Assembly (NCBI GenBank): GCA_963702845.1
Contig: OY969763.1
Coordinates: 2,592,001-2,656,000, forward strand
From: an uncultured Verrucomicrobiae bacterium
GTDB lineage: Bacteria > Verrucomicrobiota > Verrucomicrobiia > Limisphaerales > Palsa-1400
Direction: 5' to 3'
DNA length: 64,000 nt
Shown here: piece by piece, positions 1-7,958 of the stretch
Layout: every line of letters starts with the position of its first letter
How positions within the stretch are numbered: position 1 is the first letter of the stretch
Notes under the pieces: generated by a model
What the model was told of the DNA's origin: nothing
What the model saw: the letters and a program-made list of their open reading frames with translations, nothing else
Database searches by the model: none
Program-made: the position numbers and the translations under genes

Positions 1-1333
1 CAGCCACACCGTAGGCGAGCACTGCCAACGCCGCCGCGCATGCGCTCACGTCTTTCGCATTCAACTTATCCACTGTGTCCGCTTCCGTGTGGTGATACCA
101 AAAATATCGCTCGTCGTGGACCATCAGGTCCGCGATCGGAACGCCGTCGTGGGCTAACTCCGCCACATCCGCCTCATCTGCGTCGCCTTTAAATTCCTTC
201 ACACCGATTGACGCGAGCGGGCGGCTGATCTTTTTGATGCGCGCAAATGCCGCGTCCGTTCCCTTGAACTCAAACCCGCGCGGCGCAAACGGACCCTGGT
301 CCGACTCAATCGCCAGCACGTGTTTGGCGAGCTCAGCCTTGTGATCCTTCACATAAGTGCGCGCGCCCCGAAGTCCATTTTCCTCGTTCACCCAGAGCAC
401 CAAACGAATCGTGCGACGCGGTCGCATCCCAAGATTCTTCATCGCACGAACCGCCTCCCATGCCGCCAAACAACCGCCGCCATCATCCATCGCCCCCTGT
501 CCGACGTCCCACGAATCAATGTGTCCACTGACGATAACGATCTCCTCCGGCTTCTCGCGCCCGACCCATTCCGCCACCACATTGCGCGACGGCGCATCCG
601 GCAACATCTGCGCATTCATTTTCAATTTCACGACAACCCGTTCGCCGCGCTCCTGCATCCGCTGCATCAAGTCCGCGTCCTCCGGCGTGATCGCCGCGTG
701 CGGAACTCGCACCGTATCATTCGAATAAAGCATGCCGCCCGTATGCGGCGTCTGCATCGAAAACGGCGTCACCGACCGAATCAAACTCGCGACACCGCCG
801 ACCCGCGCCGCTTCAATCGCGCCACGTCGCCGAATCTGCACCGTCTCGTGATATGTTTTGAACGGTTCGTTGAAGAGAATGATTTTGCCACGCGCCTGAT
901 CGCTGTGCTGATGCAAGTCATCAAAACTCTTCACCACCAGAACCTCCGCCGTAATCCCCTCGGCCGGGGTCGCGACACTTCCACCCAAACCCAACATCGG
1001 CAACACCCGATGCCGCGGCGCAATCAACTCCGCCGATTCCTCACCACGCACCCAATGAGGCACCATCACCAGCTCGCCATGGACATTTTGCAACCCGTCC
1101 TTCTTCATCTCTGCCAAAACCCAATCAATCGCCGCCTCGAGATTGGTCGAACCGCTAAACCGCGACCCAAACATGTCACACAAAGTGGCCAGCCGTTTGT
1201 AAGCAAAATCCGTCTTCGTCGTTTCGTCCATCAACCGGCTCGCATCCGAAGCGGACGCTGTGGACGGCATCAACATGCAAGCGAGGGCAGCAGCAACAGC
1301 GAGGCAAGAGTTAGTCATTCGCATTTGTGTCAT
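1..1333 (-). CDS. M28 family metallopeptidase (carboxypeptidase Q-like), 3' end runs off window
   Basis: Not in ORF track because it is open at the window edge. Manual translation from ATG at 1333: MTQMRMTNSCLAVAAALACML (signal peptide) ... AYKRLATLCDMFGSRFSGSTNLEAAIDW ... VMVPHWVRGEES, typical of the CPQ/M28D N-terminus. Confidence 0.85.
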   Translation of the reverse strand, partial: MTQMRMTNSCLAVAAALACMLMPSTASASDASRLMDETTKTDFAYKRLATLCDMFGSRFSGSTNLEAAIDWVLAEMKKDGLQNVHGELVMVPHWVRGEESAELIAPRHRVLPMLGLGGSVATPAEGITAEVLVVKSFDDLHQHSDQARGKIILFNEPFKTYHETVQIRRRGAIEAARVGGVASLIRSVTPFSMQTPHTGGMLYSNDTVRVPHAAITPEDADLMQRMQERGERVVVKLKMNAQMLPDAPSRNVVAEWVGREKPEEIVIVSGHIDSWDVGQGAMDDGGGCLAAWEAVRAMKNLGMRPRRTIRLVLWVNEENGLRGARTYVKDHKAELAKHVLAIESDQGPFAPRGFEFKGTDAAFARIKKISRPLASIGVKEFKGDADEADVAELAHDGVPIADLMVHDERYFWYHHTEADTVDKLNAKDVSACAAALAVLAYGVA

Positions 1334-1353
1334 ATAAACGGATAACAATCGGA

Positions 1354-1388
1354 TTTCATATTTCAAATTTGATATTTCATATTCCAAA
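1354..1388. repeat. Degenerate 7-mer tandem repeat (TTTCATA-like x5)
   Basis: tttcata tttcaaa tttgata tttcata ttccaaa read directly. Confidence 0.75.
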
Positions 1389-1488
1389 TTGGCGGTGGCG
1401 GCGAGTTGGGTGAAAATATTTTTCAGAAACCGCTCAAAATCTTACCCAGACTTGGACCAACCCACGCACGACAGTCGCGACTTGGATG

Positions 1489-1668
1489 AACTCCGTTAGG
1501 AGTGCCATGTCTATAGATCGAATGTGTGTCACCATCCCAATTTGTTTTTCGGCGGCGCGGGATTTGCGGCCAAAACAATCCAACGGCTTTCCCCCGCGCC
1601 GCTGAAAAACAAAATCAAATGTGGCTGGGTGTGCCGTTCTATAGATATGTCACTCCTCCGGAGTTTCG
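1489..1668. mobile_element. ~180-bp palindromic REPIN/MITE-like element, copy 1
   Basis: Terminal inverted repeats AACTCCGTTAGGAGTGCCATGTCTATAGA ... TCTATAGATATGTCACTCCTCCGGAGTT, with inner IR TTTGTTTTTCGGCGGCGCGGG ... CCCGCGCCGCTGAAAAACAAA. A similar copy lies at 5781-5960. Confidence 0.8.
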
Positions 1669-1723
1669 GAACCGTCCAACTTTGCCCCTTGAACGACGCA
1701 CCTTGAGCTGCAACCCTCGTCCC

Positions 1724-2644
1724 GTGAGGCGACGGTCGAAAATTTTGCTCCTGGGCGCGTGTATTCTGATTGCGCTCATTGCCGTCTGCTTCTTCTGCCT
1801 TCGCGATAACGAGCCTTCCTACAATGGACGGACGTTGAGTGCTTGGTTGCGAGTTTATGGCGATGCTTCCGTTCAATCGGAACAAAAGGAGAATTCCAGA
1901 CAATCGGTTATCGCAATTGGTACAAATGCGATACCCGCTTTGTTGAAATGGACGACTTTTGAACAACTTCAACGCGACCGACGGTATTTCGCACTGTGGC
2001 GCAGGCTTCCCCACAGAATATTGAAAAACCATTTCATCATCTCCGTAGCCTTGAGAACCATGGAACATATCGCGATTGCACAAGATGGTTTTTCCATCCT
2101 TGGTACCAACGCTATTCCCGCGATACCGGAACTCAGTCGCCGGTTCTGCAATACCACAAATCGTGAGCAGGCCGATATTGCCGCCATTTCGTTGCAATGC
2201 ATGGGCGAACCTGGTTTTCAATTTTTTACAAATGCGATCGTGGCCGGATGGACGAAGTCTCAAACACTGATGGCCATTGGCGCAATCGGTCCGATGCGTC
2301 ACAGGCTGGGAACGAATGTGTTGTCTGCGGTTCCTTTGCTGATCGCTACTGCAAATACATCTGATGTCGAGATCGCGGACAAAGCAGCAAGCACTCTCGC
2401 CGACCTCGGAGCCTGTGCTGACCAAGTCGTTCCGGTAATTGTCCGGCGGCTTAATTCGACTAATGCTGCGGTACGTTCGCACCTGATTTATTGTCTGTTG
2501 GACTTTGGTGATGCTGCAAAAACAGCAATACCAGCCGTGCGTGTTGCTGCCATTAACGGGGATGATGACGTCCGCCATGCCGCCGAATATTTTCTTTCGC
2601 ACGTCGGGCAGGTGCGAACAAACGTTTCCTCGTCGTATGAATAG
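1724..2644 (+). CDS. HEAT-repeat membrane-anchored protein
   Basis: Likely GTG start at 1724, since the upstream part of ORF 1526 is the repeat element. N-terminal TM, then EPSYNGRTLSAWL and IGTNAIPALL motifs and HEAT-like repeats typical of Verrucomicrobia. Confidence 0.75.
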   Translation: MRRRSKILLLGACILIALIAVCFFCLRDNEPSYNGRTLSAWLRVYGDASVQSEQKENSRQSVIAIGTNAIPALLKWTTFEQLQRDRRYFALWRRLPHRILKNHFIISVALRTMEHIAIAQDGFSILGTNAIPAIPELSRRFCNTTNREQADIAAISLQCMGEPGFQFFTNAIVAGWTKSQTLMAIGAIGPMRHRLGTNVLSAVPLLIATANTSDVEIADKAASTLADLGACADQVVPVIVRRLNSTNAAVRSHLIYCLLDFGDAAKTAIPAVRVAAINGDDDVRHAAEYFLSHVGQVRTNVSSSYE

Positions 2645-2689
2645 CTAGATTCCTTCATTCATCTTCATAAAAACTCTTTCTCTTTATTT

Positions 2690-2769
2690 GTCGGAGACGG
2701 ACGTGAGGAGTCTCTAATTTCTCAGCGCTTTGACTCAAAAAGTCAGAGCCTCCTCACGTCGGCTGCTAC
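2690..2769. repeat. REP doublet, GTAGCAGCCGACGTGAGGAGGC family
   Basis: GGAGACGGACGTGAGGAGTCTC ... GAGCCTCCTCACGTCGGCTGCTAC are inverted. Related singlets occur at 4507-4528, 7931-7954 and 38524-38548. Confidence 0.7.
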
Positions 2770-2853
2770 ATGGTTTTTGTTTCTGTGTTTCGTATCGCAG
2801 GCCTCCGAGCCGGTTCGCGGGAGCGAACAGCAAAATAATTTGTTCTAATCTCC

Positions 2854-2967
2854 CGTATCGCAGGTTTCCAAACCTGCGTGCCGTCGAAATTCGGACGCGC
2901 GTGGATATTTTCACGCGCAGCCGATTTAGAAATCGGCGATACGGCAGGTTTCGAAACCTGCGATACG
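2854..2967. repeat. Palindromic REP/REPIN element (GTATCGCAGGTTTCCAAACCTGC family)
   Basis: CGTATCGCAGGTTTCCAAACCTGC ... GCAGGTTTCGAAACCTGCGATACG with inner hairpin GCCGATTTAGAAATCGGC; abuts the terminase stop codon. Confidence 0.75.
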
Positions 2968-2968
2968 T

Positions 2969-4489
2969 TCAATACCCAATCGTAATTTCCAACGGCGCAG
3001 ATTTCCGTTTCGTCGCATGCAACGCCAGGGCCAACGCCCAGAACCGATCCGCATGCCCGTTCTGCCCACGATCAGCGCTGAACCGCACATTCCCACTCGA
3101 CGTATGCTCCTTGCGGATCGCCCGCAAATCAGTGCGCAACAACCGATCATTCGGAATCCGAATCGTCCGATCCTCAAACGCCATCCGCACCGGGTAAGCC
3201 AATTCTTCCTTCACGGCAGGAGTGAAATGGACACCTTCCACTTTGTATTTGCCGAAGCGTTGTTGGGCGCGTTCGGCAAATTGACGGCCGATGCCGGTCT
3301 GGTCGATGCAACAGCGCTTCACTTGCGGCAACGCGAGCAAGTCGTAGAGGCACTTCTCCTGCGCTTCGAACGACGCCTTCTCCATCACCTCAATTCCACG
3401 CGTGTAATAAACGCTGCCGGCCTTTTCCAAAACGTGGATGACCGTCAGATCGCGAGCACGACCGACGTCCACGCCGACAAACAATTCCGGATCGGTCAGG
3501 TTCGCCGGCATTTCCCAATCTTCACCGCTCGGGTATTCGCACGACCCGATCAGGTCATACGACAAAAACGCGCTCTGCTCATCGCACGGAATGCACATTT
3601 GTTCCTGCAAAAACGTTTCCTCATCCGGCGCCTGGTGCTTGAGATAATCGAAATACTCCGCCTCATCCATCTGCTGGCGCTGATCACTCTCCGCCAACTT
3701 CATCTGCATTCGGTACAACAACCCCTGCTCCAGCGCATCCTGCAGCGTCACCTTGTGGAAGCTGAACCCCTTCGGATTCCCTTTGTGCAGAATCTCATCA
3801 ATCAGCTCCTGGAAATAATTCTGCCCGCCGCGCGCCGTCGAAAATATCTCCATCGTTCCACCCCACGCCAACCCCGGCCCGGCAATCGCAAAAAGCTGTC
3901 GCGGATCCCGATGCAGCGCGAACTCATCCAAAATGCGATCCCCGCGCTTGCCCGCCTGAGCATTTGGCGACGAACTCATCGCATGAATCTTCCGCCCATT
4001 CCGAAACTCCAACACATGCGCCTTCCCTCCCTCCTCATCCACGATCGACGTCCCCAAATACTTCGCCGTGATATTCATCGCCGTCGCAAACGACTTGCAC
4101 TCCTGCACAAAAGCCAACGCTCCCGCCTCATCCCGCGACGCCACCCAGGCATCACAACGCGCGCTCTTCACGCTTTTGCGTCCGACCGTTTCCAACTCCG
4201 TCATCCACGTCCACCCGATCTGCCGCGCCTTAACCGCCAACTTGAACGCCGACCGATCCAACACCCAATTCCGCTGATACGGCAATAAAAGCGCCCCACC
4301 CGGCTTCACCTTCGCCTTGCCGAAAAACGGTCCCTTCAACAAATCCGGATACATTGCATCCAGCCTGACATCCGCGAACGGCTTCAACTCCACCCTATCC
4401 ACAAACCGCTCCACCGTTTCCACCGACACCAACTGCGACGCCAGCAAAGCTGCCTGCGCCGTCACCTTCTGTTTCAAACTCATCTTCAT
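2969..4489 (-). CDS. Mu-like (FluMu gp28) terminase large subunit
   Basis: PYQRNW Q-motif, KARQIGWT Walker A, ILDEFA Walker B, FSTARG motif III, and nuclease motifs VGVDVGR, IDQTGIG and GHADRFWALAL. Confidence 0.92.
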   Translation of the reverse strand: MKMSLKQKVTAQAALLASQLVSVETVERFVDRVELKPFADVRLDAMYPDLLKGPFFGKAKVKPGGALLLPYQRNWVLDRSAFKLAVKARQIGWTWMTELETVGRKSVKSARCDAWVASRDEAGALAFVQECKSFATAMNITAKYLGTSIVDEEGGKAHVLEFRNGRKIHAMSSSPNAQAGKRGDRILDEFALHRDPRQLFAIAGPGLAWGGTMEIFSTARGGQNYFQELIDEILHKGNPKGFSFHKVTLQDALEQGLLYRMQMKLAESDQRQQMDEAEYFDYLKHQAPDEETFLQEQMCIPCDEQSAFLSYDLIGSCEYPSGEDWEMPANLTDPELFVGVDVGRARDLTVIHVLEKAGSVYYTRGIEVMEKASFEAQEKCLYDLLALPQVKRCCIDQTGIGRQFAERAQQRFGKYKVEGVHFTPAVKEELAYPVRMAFEDRTIRIPNDRLLRTDLRAIRKEHTSSGNVRFSADRGQNGHADRFWALALALHATKRKSAPLEITIGY

Positions 4490-4506
4490 AATATTTTTTC
4501 CTTTCA

Positions 4507-4528
4507 GTAGCAGCCGACGTCAGGAGGC
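4507..4528 (+). repeat. REP singlet GTAGCAGCCGACGTCAGGAGGC
   Basis: Near-identical to the reverse complement of 2748-2769. Confidence 0.7.
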
Positions 4529-4615
4529 ACCAACCCCCTCACCTCGACCGCCTTTCATTGTTTCGTTTCCATCTGCTCTTCCCTATCTGCCATTCCCGCC
4601 TTTCTTCCATTCGAT

Positions 4616-4713
4616 GTTGGACGTTGGAATGCGATCCGGACGTTCCGGTTGGACGTTGGACGTTCGCCTTCCCACTCACCGACTCACCGACTCACCGACT
4701 CACCGACTCACCC
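4616..4713. repeat. Short tandem repeats: GTTGGAC 7-mers, then (ACTCACCG)x5
   Basis: GTTGGAC units at 4616-4664; ACTCACCG x4 plus ACTCACCC at 4674-4713. Confidence 0.85.
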
Positions 4714-4724
4714 ACTTTCGATTC

Positions 4725-5513
4725 TCAGAGCAACCGCATCGCCTTATGAATCTCCGCCAACCCCTCCTCCGAAATCCCCTCCGCCTTCTCCACCGCGCTA
4801 ACCAGCTCCTTCTTCTGTTTCGCCACATGATCGCGATACCGTTGAAACGCCAGTTCCATGCGCTTGCGCCGTCCCCGATCCCGCGCCTGATCACTCGCCG
4901 CCCGCGCAATCCGAAAGAAAACCTCCGGTTTACTCTGGATAAGCGAAGCCAACTTCCCGCTCTGCAAATCCTGCAACGCGTGCAAAATCTGCGTCGCAAT
5001 CAGCAACTCATTAAACCGCTCAAACCCTTCCCTCTGATTTTCGTCGATTTCACCAAGCGCATTAAAAACCCGTCCCAAATCCGCCTGCAATGCCGCAACA
5101 CGTTCCTGTTCCTGCAACCAGTCTTGATGACCTCCGTGGCGCCACCTCGACAAATCCCACTTCTTCAAACCAGAAAACCCCTTCTCCGCAAGCCTCGCTA
5201 AAATCTCCGAATACGTGCGCCCATCCCTCATCTCCGCATTCACCCATTCACGCACCTCAAACGGCAAATTCGCCACCTTCCCCCAGCGTTTATGACCCTT
5301 GAGCACTCCAGCCACCCCGCCGCTCATTGAAGCCGGCCCCTCTGCATCACCACTCGACGCCACGCGACCGCGATCCACGCCGCCTGACGCAGATGACTCC
5401 ACTTGAGGAATTCTTATTCCCAATGCGTGATCTACTCCCCCGAACCGATTGGTAGCTTCGTCAGGCGCACCACCCTCACCACCCATATTTTTGTTATCGT
5501 TATTCAAATTCAT
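4725..5513 (-). CDS. DUF3486 / Mu gp27-like protein (putative terminase small subunit)
   Basis: GKVANLPFEVREWVNAEMRDGRTYSEILARL ... LSRWRHGG HTH-like N-domain and C-terminal GISEEGLAEI; lies directly upstream of the gp28-like gene as in Mu. Confidence 0.75.
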   Translation of the reverse strand: MNLNNDNKNMGGEGGAPDEATNRFGGVDHALGIRIPQVESSASGGVDRGRVASSGDAEGPASMSGGVAGVLKGHKRWGKVANLPFEVREWVNAEMRDGRTYSEILARLAEKGFSGLKKWDLSRWRHGGHQDWLQEQERVAALQADLGRVFNALGEIDENQREGFERFNELLIATQILHALQDLQSGKLASLIQSKPEVFFRIARAASDQARDRGRRKRMELAFQRYRDHVAKQKKELVSAVEKAEGISEEGLAEIHKAMRLL

Positions 5514-5519
5514 GCCAAA

Positions 5520-5548
5520 GTTTTACATATAAAGCTACGACCCGTCAA
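5520..5548 (-). promoter_or_regulatory. Putative sigma70-type promoter giving a leaderless gp27-like mRNA
   Basis: TTGACG-17 bp-TAAAAC with the ATG 7 nt downstream; the -10 is imperfect. Confidence 0.4.
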
Positions 5549-5780
5549 AAACTGTAGGGAAAGGAAGGAAGCCAGGGAAAGGAGGGAAAGAAACAGCACT
5601 TTTATATGACAAAATGTGGCTATTAAGGCACTAAGGCACAAAGATTGCTGAGGCTGTTTTTAACCACGGATCAAACACACGTATCGGAAAAACCAAAGGG
5701 GAACGGAGGACACAGAGCTGATGCAAAGAGTTACTGATAGCTTGATGAAATATCTTGATACCATGAACCAACGCGTTTTG

Positions 5781-5960
5781 AACTCCAGAGGAGTGACATG
5801 TCTATAGATGGATGTACCCCACCGCCCCAATTTGTTTTTCGGCGGCGCGGGATTTACGGCCAAAAACCATTCGAACGGCTTTCCCCCGCGCCGCCGAAAA
5901 ATAAAATTAGATATAGGTGGTCGTGCAGTTCTATAGATATGTCACTCCTATGGAGTTTCG
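5781..5960. mobile_element. ~180-bp palindromic REPIN/MITE-like element, copy 2
   Basis: AACTCCAGAGGAGTGACATGTCTATAGA ... TCTATAGATATGTCACTCCTATGGAGTT with the same inner IR as 1489-1668. Confidence 0.8.
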
Positions 5961-6511
5961 AAGACCCACAGAGGTTGCTGGAAAAGATTCGCTGAAAGCT
6001 TGAGGAAATATGTCAGCTTCACGAAATTGTCGAACGCAATTTCTGGCCTCTCCTCGTGGCTGTAACCGGTCATCTCTTTGGCCAAATCAACCGGAATATT
6101 AAAGATGAAATCAGCGCCCCCCTCTTCCTCTTGCTGCTTGGTTAAGCGCTCGCGAATCGCGGCGAAGACAGCGGGGGGCTGACCCTCAACCTCCAAATGC
6201 CCATCGCCCTCTTGGGCGTCATGAGTGACTGACCAAATCTGCTTGCCGTCTTTCCAGCCGGCTGCACGGCTGACCATAACATGCTCCTCAACAAAGCATG
6301 CGACGACCTCACAACCACGCGACACTTGCCGTGCCTCGTCGTTTGTGAGTTCATGCTGGCCATGGATCACCAGATACCAACCGCTCGGCAACGAGCCTCC
6401 GCAGTATGGTGCCTTGCAATACTCCTTGCCGATATTCTTCAGTCCGAAGTCGTGCAAGACCGCCACCGACGGTTTTCCACGAACTGCAAACCAAGTTAGT
6501 GATGCACCCAT
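5948..6511 (-). CDS. Hypothetical protein, integron cassette 2 (3' end runs into the repeat element)
   Basis: ATG 13 nt downstream of the attC R' site GTTCGCT; 187-aa ORF with no recognisable catalytic motif. Confidence 0.65.
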   Translation of the reverse strand: MGASLTWFAVRGKPSVAVLHDFGLKNIGKEYCKAPYCGGSLPSGWYLVIHGQHELTNDEARQVSRGCEVVACFVEEHVMVSRAAGWKDGKQIWSVTHDAQEGDGHLEVEGQPPAVFAAIRERLTKQQEEEGGADFIFNIPVDLAKEMTGYSHEERPEIAFDNFVKLTYFLKLSANLFQQPLWVFETP

Positions 6512-6516
6512 ACGCG

Positions 6517-7032
6517 TTACGATAGCGAACGTCCCGAATCAGCTACAGCCGCCAGGCCGAGATTTCCGAATTGCCAACGACTGTCACGGCGGCTGTTAGC
6601 TGCATGCGGCTTGTTCGGCAGAGCTGGTTTGAATTGTGTATATATGTTTCTTTGTGGAAATCTTTTCGCAAGCTCCGCTTCCAGATCATGAAATAGCTTT
6701 TCAAAATCTTTAATCGAATCTTGGTAGCAACAGCCGTTTATGGCCAGCGACTCGATGTTCGGGCCTTCCCCCAGACTGATTATGACAAACGTACGCTGCA
6801 GTGCCTGATAGGACATGCCCCGCAATTTGTGCCGGTTATCGTATATGCCTCCGTCTTTTGAAAATGAGCGCTCGGAAAAAAAGCCATCCAACATGGAAAC
6901 GGGTTCTGCATTCGTCTCCCTGATAAGGTCCATGCTTATCAAAAAGGTGGCTTTTGGCACCGTGTTCGATGGGGTCTTCGAGCAGGACGACAAAACGACA
7001 GCTAACAAAAAAAGACTGATATAGAATCTCAT
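6517..7032 (-). CDS. Hypothetical lipoprotein, integron cassette 1 (ORF reads through attC)
   Basis: Lipobox LSSC; C-terminus PNKPHAANSRR...AVADSGR is a translation of the attC. Confidence 0.65.
   Translation of the reverse strand: MRFYISLFLLAVVLSSCSKTPSNTVPKATFLISMDLIRETNAEPVSMLDGFFSERSFSKDGGIYDNRHKLRGMSYQALQRTFVIISLGEGPNIESLAINGCCYQDSIKDFEKLFHDLEAELAKRFPQRNIYTQFKPALPNKPHAANSRRDSRWQFGNLGLAAVADSGRSLS
6524..6619 (-). mobile_element. Integron attC site (96 bp)
   Basis: Minus strand: R'' GCCGAAC, 5 nt, L'' GCATGCAG, CTAACAGCCGCC ... GGCGGCTGTAG, L' CTGATTC, 5 nt, R' GTTCGCT. The stem has extrahelical bases, and the cassette begins with TTCGGC, complementary to R''. Confidence 0.8.
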
Positions 7033-7044
7033 GTAGCGAGGTAG

Positions 7045-7106
7045 GCCGAATAATTAATATGCGACAACTGTTCGCATAGTTTTAATTGGCGAACAAGGGT
7101 TTTATA
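7045..7106 (-). mobile_element. attI-like site, copy 1 (no integrase adjacent)
   Basis: TGTTCGCCAATTAAAACTATGCGAACAGTTGTCGCATATTAATTA/TTCGGC immediately before cassette 1; homologous to 46453-46514. Confidence 0.6.
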
Positions 7107-7169
7107 GGTGGCGCGTCGGTTTGGAATTGCAAACCGGATGGCGTAACCTGCTTGTCCTGAGTCCTGTAA

Positions 7170-7508
7170 TTATTTCTCGCGAAACTCAGTCGCCTCCCCC
7201 AATGCCTCTACGGCGACCGCAGCGATGAGAGCGGTCAGCAACAGGCCGCACAGCCCTATGGTTACCGCCAGCAGGCGCGTGAGAAAAAACTTTGGCGCGA
7301 TATCGCCGTAGCCAATGGTCAGGCCGGTCACGAATGCGAAATAGATCGACTCATGGATGGACCAGCCTTCGCGCAGACCGACCACCAAGCCGAGCCCGAC
7401 AATGAGCATGAGGATGGCTGACAGGATCGGCCACACCACGCCCAAGCCACTGAATAGCCCCTTGAGGAATTTTCGTCTCAACGTGCGTCGATCCATACTG
7501 TCTCCCAA
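7170..7508 (-). CDS. Minimal 2TM potassium channel family protein
   Basis: YFAFVTGLTIGYGD selectivity filter between two TM helices. Confidence 0.9.
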   Translation of the reverse strand: MGDSMDRRTLRRKFLKGLFSGLGVVWPILSAILMLIVGLGLVVGLREGWSIHESIYFAFVTGLTIGYGDIAPKFFLTRLLAVTIGLCGLLLTALIAAVAVEALGEATEFREK

Positions 7509-7610
7509 TCTACCACCTGAAACCCATTCTCGACGGCCTGTCCAATCAATAATACGCTGGAATTTCCATAGGGGGAAATCAAGGCGCTGCTTTGGGTTGA
7601 CTACACAACA

Positions 7611-7638
7611 TTGACACGCCGTTGCTTCACGTTATAAT
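7611..7638 (+). promoter_or_regulatory. Consensus sigma70 promoter
   Basis: TTGACA-16 bp-TATAAT, both hexamers exact. Confidence 0.65.
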
Positions 7639-7958
7639 CCCTTCGGCCGCCGGTCCTTACCGGCATTCGGTGAAGTGCAACCCGGATATGATCTTTGACA
7701 AAAGTTGCAGGATTTCCTGCTCCAAAACCGCTCCACTTTGCAACTAATTGCAGGAAGGAAGCGGAAGTTGCAGGAAGTTGCAACATTCCGATGATATTTT
7801 TTGTGCGGGGCGGATTGGACGAATCCCATTGTGATAGATTAAGGGGAGCGACCGTCCCTAGCTGGAGTTTATGGGCCGCTTCGAAACAGGGCTTTTGTTT
7901 TCGAGTCAACTACGACAATCTCGCTACTTATCCGCTCATCACCTCGGCGGCTACAATT

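Noticed and set aside
320..1345. 341-aa plus-strand ORF
   Set aside because: Antisense shadow of the M28 peptidase; Arg/His-rich with no motifs
1526..1723. N-terminal extension of the HEAT protein and ORFs 1524, 5660, 5798
   Set aside because: Translations of the 180-bp palindromic element
3017..5201. Long plus-strand ORFs 3017..4288 and 4317..5201
   Set aside because: Shadows of the terminase genes and translated tandem repeats
2969..7106. Complete prophage
   Set aside because: No portal, capsid, tail, transposase, repressor or lysis genes in the window
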